A stretch of DNA of 64,000 bases, taken from Dehalococcoidia bacterium (GTDB taxonomy: Bacteria; Chloroflexota; Dehalococcoidia; Lucifugimonadales; UBA3495). Positions 27,536 through 35,307 of this stretch are shown here, piece by piece (position 1 is the stretch's first letter; each line of letters begins with the position of its first letter). Below the pieces are notes generated by a model. That model made no database searches. It was not told the DNA's origin and worked only from the letters and a program-made list of their open reading frames with translations. A program made the translations under genes and the position numbers. The stretch lies in assembly GCA_965242615.1 (NCBI GenBank), contig CBDESR010000005.1, positions 1,300,768 through 1,364,767 on the forward strand. The letters are read 5' to 3'.

Positions 27536-29156
27536 AGACGCCCTCGCATTCGTCGAGCATAATGCTATCGTAATCCGGAGTGTCAGTCAAGTCAATCTCC
27601 GACAAGGGCCGCCGTTCCCGATGCAGGTAGGCATAGCCTTTCCTGCTGATGCCGTTCCTGACGGTTTGGTCGTTGCGGAGGGCGTGGTCAACCAGAATGG
27701 CATCTTGGAAAGACTCAGGGTCATGGTCTTTAAGCCACTTCCATTCAGCGTTGGTGTGGTAAGGGCAGCCGATGCAGGAACTGCGCGGCAAATAGCGGTC
27801 GGGGTAACGTTCCTTGAACCAGATCAACGCTTGGACCCGGCTTATCCCCAGATCTACGAGGGGAAACCGGTTTTCAATCCATTCCTCCTGGCTTTTTTTG
27901 GCCCGTATGGCCTCGTCGGAACTGATACCCATCCAGACTTCGGCATAGACAGGTTTTTGTGCCCGGCGTCCGGGTTGCAGCCCCATGCGTTGACGCAGCA
28001 GGTCGTGAATGGGCTTGATTTTGTACTTGCTGGTGCATTGGCGGCGGGCCAGCGCCGAGCTGCCGTCCGGGTTGGTGATGAAAGCCGGGATGGTCAGGTA
28101 GGGTTTGCCTTCGGGACTGACGCCTTTCAAGATGTTCTCGCGGAGGCTGCCGTTATTGACCCGTACTATCTCAAAGGATACTTGGGATTGCAGCCACTCC
28201 AAGTGTTCGTAGATATGAGGAGGTTCCCATCCGGTGTCGGCGAATATAGCTAGGTCAGGCTTTTCGAGTCCAGAATAGCCTTGCTCGGCCATCAAAGCAA
28301 GAACGGTGGACTGGACGCCGGCACCCAGACTAAGGGACCTGATAGTGGGCGTACGGTTCAGCAACCTTTTGCGGTCGCTGACGAAGTCGGGGTTTGCCAT
28401 AATGTCAGCCAAGTGGGCTTGCAGCAGGCCCCTGATTTCGTCGCGGGGCAAGGCTTCCAGTATTTGCGTGCCGGCGTCGAGGTTGATGCGGCGGAACAGT
28501 TCCATGCCTCCGGCTTCGGCTTTCATGCCTTTGCCTTCATTGAGGAGAGCCCGGACGAATTCTGCTAACAGAATCGGCGAGCGTAGAACAGCGGAGCGGA
28601 GCAGTATGTGGTAATGGACAGCGAACTTGGCAAAGTGTTCCAGAGCCTGTTCTGCGTTGAAGGCTCCGGCCGACGCTTCAGCCGCTTTGACGGCGGTGTG
28701 GGCAATCCACCAGGTCCGGCCGGCTGTGTTGCTGTTCCAAAGGGCGGTTCCCTGGTTCTCTATGAACCAGTGGGCTTTGATGTAGTCCGGCAGATTTGTG
28801 GCCCTGGTGCGACGCCAGCGCTTCAAGCCATAGGCGTGGAGCTTGAAATGGGCCAGCCAAGTCCACATCCTGGTATCGGTCGCGGTTGCTGGAGTGATGC
28901 CCGGCAGGGAATTATAGAAACCCAGCGCTTGCCGATCGGCCAAATTGGCGTTGCCGGAACTGACCGGTTCCAAGATGAGAGGATGGATGGTGTTGATTCC
29001 CGTTTCCTCTGTCGTGCGGGTTACGCCCTCGGCGGCGAGGATTTCGGCAAAGTCGGTTTCGGGATTAAGGTAGGTTTCCGGACTCTGCTCGGCTACCAAC
29101 CGGAGGCAGTCGTAAGCCTCTTGGGTTAGTTTGAGGATGGGGAAACCTGCTGACAT
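27525..29156 (-). CDS. PAPS-reductase-like PP-loop enzyme (DndC/IbrA-like) with about 265-aa uncharacterised N-terminal domain
   Basis: aa 274-284 SLSLGAGVQST (variant of the SGGxDS PP-loop), RRQCTSKYKIKP, C-terminal CIGCPYH. The N-domain is Trp-rich helical (RMWTWLAHFKLH..., RTWWIAHTAV). Confidence 0.7.
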   Translation of the reverse strand: MSAGFPILKLTQEAYDCLRLVAEQSPETYLNPETDFAEILAAEGVTRTTEETGINTIHPLILEPVSSGNANLADRQALGFYNSLPGITPATATDTRMWTWLAHFKLHAYGLKRWRRTRATNLPDYIKAHWFIENQGTALWNSNTAGRTWWIAHTAVKAAEASAGAFNAEQALEHFAKFAVHYHILLRSAVLRSPILLAEFVRALLNEGKGMKAEAGGMELFRRINLDAGTQILEALPRDEIRGLLQAHLADIMANPDFVSDRKRLLNRTPTIRSLSLGAGVQSTVLALMAEQGYSGLEKPDLAIFADTGWEPPHIYEHLEWLQSQVSFEIVRVNNGSLRENILKGVSPEGKPYLTIPAFITNPDGSSALARRQCTSKYKIKPIHDLLRQRMGLQPGRRAQKPVYAEVWMGISSDEAIRAKKSQEEWIENRFPLVDLGISRVQALIWFKERYPDRYLPRSSCIGCPYHTNAEWKWLKDHDPESFQDAILVDHALRNDQTVRNGISRKGYAYLHRERRPLSEIDLTDTPDYDSIMLDECEGVCGI

Positions 29157-29159
29157 TTT

Positions 29160-30008
29160 CTACTCCGTTTCCGCAACGTTGGTCACGCTGGTCAAGAGCC
29201 GGCCTATAGGCGCCTCCAGTATGATTTGGGCATAGTGGGGCGCATTGCGGCGGATGCTTTCGGCATCGTGGTCTATTTTATACCGTTCCAGCGCGGATTG
29301 TATAGCTTGGGACCAGAGGGATTCCGGGTAATCTTGGTAGCAGTGGAGCGCTTGGGTGACTACGTTCAAATAGAACGCGGAGATTAGGGCTGCCTGCCCC
29401 ATTTTGCTGTGGGTCTGGCTTCTTACCCGTTCCAGTGTGATTTTATCTACGGGATTGACGTAGATTTTTATTCGGTCGGAATTGAAGTCCAACTCGTATA
29501 AACCGGGCTTGGTAGCGGGATTTGGCACCAAGTCAATCACCGAGCTGGCATTGGTTTCCTTGATGATGACTCGCTTTGAGGCTGCGACGGCCAAGATGGC
29601 TCCCCGGGGCAGGTCAAAACCTTCAGGCTTCAGTTCCCGTATTTCCGGGTTATGTTCAGGGGCTTGGAAATCGGATACCGGCTTGACGGTGATGATATAT
29701 GGGGTGACGACTATTTCGTCGGCGTAGTTTTCCGCGGGCAGCGAGAGGTAATGCTGCCGGTTCTGTCCCGAGAGGTGCAGCTCTCGGCTATAAGTGCGGA
29801 CGCACGTGGTTTGTACCGCGTAATCTGCTCCTCCTTGACCAATCAAGGATTGCAGGGTTTCGCTGTTCAGCAAATACTCCAGCGTAAGGTTGATTACCTC
29901 CCCGTTGCTGAGTACGCTGTTGCGCACTTGGCAACTGAAGCCCGATTGGGGGTAATCGTCGGTATCATCCGACAGGAGCGGGTAGGGCAGGAGGCGTTGA
30001 CGCCACAT
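29160..30008 (-). CDS. Hypothetical protein (282 aa), operon member
   Basis: Clean ORF, 3-nt and 9-nt gaps to its neighbours; no motif I recognise. Confidence 0.5.
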   Translation of the reverse strand: MWRQRLLPYPLLSDDTDDYPQSGFSCQVRNSVLSNGEVINLTLEYLLNSETLQSLIGQGGADYAVQTTCVRTYSRELHLSGQNRQHYLSLPAENYADEIVVTPYIITVKPVSDFQAPEHNPEIRELKPEGFDLPRGAILAVAASKRVIIKETNASSVIDLVPNPATKPGLYELDFNSDRIKIYVNPVDKITLERVRSQTHSKMGQAALISAFYLNVVTQALHCYQDYPESLWSQAIQSALERYKIDHDAESIRRNAPHYAQIILEAPIGRLLTSVTNVAETE

Positions 30009-30017
30009 ATACGTTAC

Positions 30018-31787
30018 CTATTCCGGCTGTAGAGTGAAAGCCATCCGGCTGATGTCTTGCCCGGCAGTAATTTTAAGCCGGACGCGTTCGTTAGGTTTGG
30101 TGGTCAGGGTAATGGCGCCCGCCTCCACTTGTATTGGCTCTTCGGGGCGGTCGAGGCTCTCGGCGCTGATGATGAGTAGAGGGGTATCATTCTTTCTTTC
30201 ACCCCCGGTCGGAAACAGCTTTACCGTGGTACTGCCGGCCTGCATAGCAGTGAAACCGACGACCGCTTCGTTGACGCCGGTACAGACGACCCGTTGATCC
30301 TTCAGCGCCGGCGGATGGTGGTCGTCTAATAAGCTTGGAGCCAGGGGTCGCAACATAGATGAAACTCCTGACCTGATTTCCACCGTAGTCAGGTTGCGTT
30401 CCTTAGTTTCTTCTGCATACTGCTCCGGCAAAGCGTATGCCAGTTCAGTCAAGTTGCTGACGCCCGGATACTCAGAGATGTCGAATATCTCCTCGTAGGT
30501 CACGTTCAAAGTGTTTCTGGCGTGGGTCAAAGTCGCTTCGGCAAATTGACGCTCACTGGCCTCCGCGATTTTCTCCGAAGTGATGGCGTCGTGTCCCGGG
30601 TTTTCCATACTGCGGAGCCAAGCATCGCCCTCATTTGTTGCCGGGATGACAACGGCGGCGTAGTCGGGCCAATAGCTATGGTTTGGCGGAGAGAGCGGGT
30701 TGTGCTTGCGCTCCCGGCTGTCGGTAATGAGCATACCGTTGCGGTTCAGGCAAGCCGTTCGCCGGGGACCTTCTCCTTTGAGGATATATGCTTTCAGGAC
30801 TCCCAGTGGCGAGTCCGTTGATACGCTCGTCGCGGTTCGATCGCGGATTGCCCGATAGTAAGCGTAGGAGGAGCTGTTGCTGGCTAAGGCAAAGTGCTGG
30901 TCGAGGGTCTCGTGGTTAATGAGTACCGACGGTTGTTCCGGCTGCCCCTGGATGGCAACCGTCAAATCCTGATTGTGGATCGCAAAGAAATAGTTTTCGA
31001 TGACGGCCAAGACAGCGGTTGCGACCCAATTGGAGCACCGCGGGTTGAAACCGAGAATAAACACGCCGGTGCCGGTCTCTGCCAGTCGGAAGCAGGAAGG
31101 TATTTCCGTTCCGCGCAGTGGTCGGCCGGATGCCGTACGGTAGAATCCGATGTGCTGGAGCGGCGTAGGCTTCGCTTCAGGCAAGGCGTGAGTTATCAGG
31201 CGGCTCTTTCCTTGCGTCTTTTCTTCGCGTCCTTGTCGCCGGGCCAAGTACCGCGTCGAGTATATGACGGAATACAGGTCACTGACATTGAAAACAGCGT
31301 TCTTGCCCATCCCGTAAGAACCGCCGGCGGCGTTTTTGTCCTTGCGGACTATCCCTTCTTGGGTTACCAGAGCATTCCATTTCTCGCCGACCAGCCCGGT
31401 TGTGCCGGTATCGACAACGCTGAGACAAGGGATGGTCGGGTTATCGATGCAGTTTAGGGCTTTGGCATAGGCAGCTACGGCATCGGTCTCGTTCCGTGCT
31501 TTGGTAATTTCCAAGCAAGCTGCGATGTGGGCGGAGAGCGCCGGGCCGCCCATGGCATCAGTAGGCACTTCGACCTCAGTAAAGGTCAAGTGAACTGGTT
31601 GAATCAGCCCATCAACTTTGGCATCCAGCGCGTTCTGGAGCAGCTCGCGCACCAAGTGGACCATCGGGGAGGCTTGAAAATGCGCGGCGGCGGCGTTTTC
31701 GAAGCCGTATTCGACGCCATCGTTGTTGGGCGGGAACTGCCAAGTGGCCTGCTGTTTGGGAGATGCAGTCAAAATCATTTGCTCCAA
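30018..31787 (-). CDS. GHKL-superfamily ATPase (HSP90/sacsin-like N-terminal module) with large C-terminal region
   Basis: RELLQNALDA (N-box), VVDTGTTGL (G1), GGSYGMGKNA (G2). The start may be ATG 31778. Confidence 0.65.
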   Translation of the reverse strand: MEQMILTASPKQQATWQFPPNNDGVEYGFENAAAAHFQASPMVHLVRELLQNALDAKVDGLIQPVHLTFTEVEVPTDAMGGPALSAHIAACLEITKARNETDAVAAYAKALNCIDNPTIPCLSVVDTGTTGLVGEKWNALVTQEGIVRKDKNAAGGSYGMGKNAVFNVSDLYSVIYSTRYLARRQGREEKTQGKSRLITHALPEAKPTPLQHIGFYRTASGRPLRGTEIPSCFRLAETGTGVFILGFNPRCSNWVATAVLAVIENYFFAIHNQDLTVAIQGQPEQPSVLINHETLDQHFALASNSSSYAYYRAIRDRTATSVSTDSPLGVLKAYILKGEGPRRTACLNRNGMLITDSRERKHNPLSPPNHSYWPDYAAVVIPATNEGDAWLRSMENPGHDAITSEKIAEASERQFAEATLTHARNTLNVTYEEIFDISEYPGVSNLTELAYALPEQYAEETKERNLTTVEIRSGVSSMLRPLAPSLLDDHHPPALKDQRVVCTGVNEAVVGFTAMQAGSTTVKLFPTGGERKNDTPLLIISAESLDRPEEPIQVEAGAITLTTKPNERVRLKITAGQDISRMAFTLQPE

Positions 31788-31804
31788 CAGTATATGGATA
31801 AGCC

Positions 31805-31833
31805 AGTTTAAGTAATCCAGCGCGGAATTGCAA
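31805..31833 (-). promoter_or_regulatory. Putative promoter of the six-gene operon
   Basis: Minus strand: TTGCAA (31833..31828), 17-nt spacer, TAAACT (31810..31805). Confidence 0.3.
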
Positions 31834-32113
31834 GGATAACAAGAAGATACCCGTTTCAGGTCCTATTCACTGTTATTGACTGGTGGGATAAAAGGGTAGC
31901 GCTTGAGCAAAGGGAGGGTCTCGATTGGCGTAGCAGTGCGGCTGTAAGCTGCCTAGTCCGCCTAGCGGATGATGGGTTATACCGGCAAGGGTAAGCGGTT
32001 CTGGAACGAGGCGGCGGGATAATTGGCTGGAGGCGGGGCTGAGCCGGCCGGCTGGCTTGTTGCAGCACGGTGGAGGGCTTGGGGGTGATTGGCCGGCTGG
32101 CAGTTGCTCCTGA

Positions 32114-32398
32114 TTAGAGCTCGATATTTTCGAGGAAGTCCAGCCACGGCGGCGGCCAAGCGGCGGGCTCGCCAGTTTCCGTGGTGGTTGGAGCCGGGGT
32201 GCCGCCCGAGGATTGGGCGGCTAGTTGACGGCCAATATCGTTCCAAGCTGCGGCAATGTCCAGATAGTACGGGATGGCGGCTTGGTCGGCCGGTTGTTCC
32301 GTCGCTATGTTCAGGGCGAAGGCCAGAGCGTTGACGGTGCCGATGGCGGCCAGGGCGGCCGGCGCCGGCAGGGCGATGAACTGGTTGGCCCGGGTCAT
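32114..32398 (-). CDS. Hypothetical protein (94 aa)
   Basis: ATGA overlap with the upstream 150-aa ORF; no recognisable motif. Confidence 0.4.
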   Translation of the reverse strand: MTRANQFIALPAPAALAAIGTVNALAFALNIATEQPADQAAIPYYLDIAAAWNDIGRQLAAQSSGGTPAPTTTETGEPAAWPPPWLDFLENIEL

Positions 32399-32847
32399 GG
32401 GCCGGGACTCCAGCAGGCGTCCAATGCGTTCAAGTCCTGCTGGTCCGGGCGGGTGGTCGCGACTAGGGCGTTCAGGAAGGTCTGCGGGTTCTGTACGAAG
32501 TACTCCAGTCCCAGGTCGGTGACGGCCTGGCGTTGGCCGGCGGCTTGGGCCTGTTGGCTCAGTTCCGGGACCTCGGCGTAGGCGACGCTGCGCGCGATGC
32601 GAAGCATATAGCTGGCTTTGGCCTCCCGGCCGGCAGCGCTGCCCTGTTCTATGACGATGCGCAACAGGTTGGCAGCGTGTTCCTCCTGTTGCTGGTCCAA
32701 GTCGGCGATGTAGCGTTGCAGCAGCAGGTCGATTTCGGCCCGGGGCTGGTCGGACAGAGCTAAACCGGTAATGGCTTGGGCAATGCTGCTTGCCCGGGCA
32801 CTTACGGCGTTGGGCTGGTAGCGGCTGGGGATGTTTTCGTATGGCAT
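32395..32847 (-). CDS. Hypothetical protein (150 aa)
   Basis: Coupled to 32114..32398; helical-looking; no recognisable motif. Confidence 0.4.
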   Translation of the reverse strand: MPYENIPSRYQPNAVSARASSIAQAITGLALSDQPRAEIDLLLQRYIADLDQQQEEHAANLLRIVIEQGSAAGREAKASYMLRIARSVAYAEVPELSQQAQAAGQRQAVTDLGLEYFVQNPQTFLNALVATTRPDQQDLNALDACWSPGP

Positions 32848-33192
32848 GGCTTTGGTTCGAGGATAGGCCGTTGGCTGCCGGAGATTATAGTCCGCTGGCT
32901 GGGTGCGGTCAAGGAATGGGATTATGGAGAGGGTAGTCCGTGGTTTGAGCCTTTAATTTGGTGGTTTCTTTACCGGTTGCTCAGGTGGGAGCTGATTATT
33001 CCGGCTGAGAGCGCCATTCCAAAAGTTCTGCTGGCTGCTTCGGTGAAAGTCAGTCTTTCTGGCCGGAGAGCGCCGGGCATCGTTTTGGTCAACCAACAAA
33101 AACATTTCAGGAATGCATTTATGAGTGTTGGCTTTTCCCGGTTCTACCTTGCCAGTCATTAATCTTGGGAAGCTCTGTGGGCCGGGACCGCT

Positions 33193-33333
33193 TTACGGCC
33201 GTTGCCGTGGCCGGTTCCAGTAAGGGTTTTTGCACTTGGGGCAAACCTTGGGTTCAGCTATGGACTTTCGGTTCGGCACCCATTCGTGGCCGCAGCGTTC
33301 GCAGCGGTATCCGATGACGGTGATGATTGCCAT
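33193..33333 (-). CDS. Small zinc-ribbon protein (46 aa), below the ORF-track cutoff
   Basis: Manual translation gives MAIITVIGYRCERCGHEWVPNRKSIAEPKVCPKCKNPYWNRPRQRP* with a GGAGGAACC RBS 5 nt upstream. Two CxxC pairs. Confidence 0.5.
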   Translation of the reverse strand: MAIITVIGYRCERCGHEWVPNRKSIAEPKVCPKCKNPYWNRPRQRP

Positions 33334-33561
33334 TAAGGTTCCTCCGATGGCTTCTCTATTTTCCTGATAGTATCATAGTATAAGGGTATCCCTTTGGAGT
33401 GCTTGGGGAAAGTTCTTGCAGGGGTCGGATTCGCCAAGTTTCATAGCGGGACGGGATCCTGCCATTAAAATCAGCGGGGTTTCCGGTCGATAATTTACCC
33501 GCAAGGAAACTGACATAAAATTCGTCCATTTCACTCTTGACTTCGGTTGCCGCACTAATGT

Positions 33562-34959
33562 TTGACTAATATAATGGCGGCAACAAGAGAGACCGTCGGG
33601 CAGCCCCCCGACGGCCTCAGTATGACGCACCCCAGACCCCGAGAAGGCGAGATGGTCATCGCTTATCCTACATTATCTTATGGCCCTTTGCAACCGACCC
33701 AGTCGGGCTCGGCCAAGTTGGAGAGCCTCGAGTTTTTCGTCGGGCAATGGGACTTGGAGAGGGTTTTCGCGGAGTTGAACCTGCCATCCTTGGCTCAGAG
33801 CTTGGAACCAGATCGCTCCGACCCAAGGGGGCGGCCGCGGTACTCGCGGTTGGCGTTTCTGAAGGGATTTTTCCTGGCCAGGGCCAGGGGCTGGGAGAGC
33901 ACGGCGCAATTGGTTAGGGAGCTGCGGCTGAACCCGTCGTTCGCATATTTCTGTGGCTTCGGAGAGGAGGATAACGAGAGGCCTGTCATCAGGATACCGC
34001 ATCGGACCACTTTCTCCCGGGTCTTTGCCGAGGTTTGCCAGGTGTTTCCTCTACTCGAAAGCCAGCTCCGAGAGATTGCGTGGGGGTACGCTTCCCTTGT
34101 CGAGGGTTTTGGGCACGATCTGGTAGTGGACGCTTCGGTGGTGCCGACCAATTCCAATCCCAACAAACGTCCTAAGGGAGGGCTATCCCGGTATACTGAT
34201 CCGGAGGCTGGCATTGCGGTGAAAAACTCGCCGCGTTCTCTGGCCGGCAAGGTAAAAGTGCTTGGCTACGGCTGTCATTCGGCAGTGGATGCGAAGACCG
34301 GTTGTTTGCTGGACTTGGTAGTTTCGCCGGGCGGAGTCCATGAAACAACATTGCTGGGCGGGGTGGTTGACCGGCTACTGGAGCGGTATCCGCAACTGCC
34401 TTTCAACACTTTGATTGCCGATCGGGGTTATGACTCCAAGCTGAATAATGTGAATCTTCATAAACTGGGGATTACTCCGGTGATTCACAAGCGGCGGCCG
34501 CGGGGAGGAGCCTTGCACGTTGGGATTTATAATACCGCAGGGACACCCACTTGTGTCGGCAGGCAGCTAATGATTTTTGCGGGTACTGACCCGCGGACTG
34601 GGCAACGGTTATATCGGTGTCCTCCAGGGGGTTGTCATTTGCAGGGCCGGGTTCTGGTTACCAAGTTCTGCGATAGTGAGGTAAGGGTGAACCCGGAGGA
34701 TGACGTTCGCCTTTTCGGAGGCGCGTTGCGCCGGGACGGACCGGAGTGGCAGGCCAAGTACTGGATGCGCTGGACGGTGGAGCGGCTGTTTTCCGAGTGG
34801 AAAAGGGAGGGGCATATCGAACGACACCACTTCCGGGGGAAGGATAAAGTTGAAACCTTAGTCATCCTCCAAGCGATGTTCTCGGCGGCTAAGGTTTTGA
34901 GCCGGGTGCGCCAAGGAGAAGTTTCCGGGCTGCATCGGGGGATGTGGCCGGTAAAGTGA
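33562..34959 (+). CDS. IS5/IS1182-type DDE transposase
   Basis: DUF772-like N-terminal region (YSRLAFLKGFFLARARGWESTAQLVRELRLNPSFAYFCGF), DASVVPTN, IADRGYDS, YWMRWTVERLFSEWKR (Y-R-E-K signature). Element ends not confidently found. Confidence 0.85.
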   Translation: MTNIMAATRETVGQPPDGLSMTHPRPREGEMVIAYPTLSYGPLQPTQSGSAKLESLEFFVGQWDLERVFAELNLPSLAQSLEPDRSDPRGRPRYSRLAFLKGFFLARARGWESTAQLVRELRLNPSFAYFCGFGEEDNERPVIRIPHRTTFSRVFAEVCQVFPLLESQLREIAWGYASLVEGFGHDLVVDASVVPTNSNPNKRPKGGLSRYTDPEAGIAVKNSPRSLAGKVKVLGYGCHSAVDAKTGCLLDLVVSPGGVHETTLLGGVVDRLLERYPQLPFNTLIADRGYDSKLNNVNLHKLGITPVIHKRRPRGGALHVGIYNTAGTPTCVGRQLMIFAGTDPRTGQRLYRCPPGGCHLQGRVLVTKFCDSEVRVNPEDDVRLFGGALRRDGPEWQAKYWMRWTVERLFSEWKREGHIERHHFRGKDKVETLVILQAMFSAAKVLSRVRQGEVSGLHRGMWPVK

Positions 34960-35254
34960 GCGCGGGTCGCGGAATCGTGTCCGGGCAAGCGATTAGTCGA
35001 CTGTCCCAGTCGATCGGAGCAGGCTGAAGGCAGGTCGGGGTAGTCTGGGTGTTTGATCTGGACAAGAACTTTATGTTTTACGGGGCGTCTTAAAGACGTC
35101 CTGAATTTTTGTGGGGCGATGCCAGTGTTTTCAGGTTATGTGGAATTACGGAATTCGTCACAATGGGTTAATAATTTTCTTGGAGTGCTGATTTTTGCAC
35201 GGAGCTAATTTTAGGAATTGCGAGCAAAACTTTGATTACACAAGAATTATGTAT

Positions 35255-35306
35255 GGGGCGCACCCCGCAGGATGCGCCCCCTAATCCATTGCCGGCTGAC
35301 GGACTG
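35255..35306 (-). terminator. 52-bp hairpin repeat copy 2, directly after the aconitase stop (probable terminator)
   Basis: Lies 1 nt downstream of the TAA (35310..35308). Stem GGGGCGCA/TGCGCCCC; same element as 21818..21869. Confidence 0.6.
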
Positions 35307-35307
35307 A

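Noticed and set aside
33409-35072. Possible ends of the IS5/IS1182-type element: inverted AAAGTTCTTG (33409-33418 / 35063-35072) and direct TTGGAGTGCT (33394-33403 / 35180-35189).
   Set aside because: These are only 10-nt matches that do not extend and give mutually inconsistent boundaries. They are not reported as a feature; an ISfinder alignment is needed.
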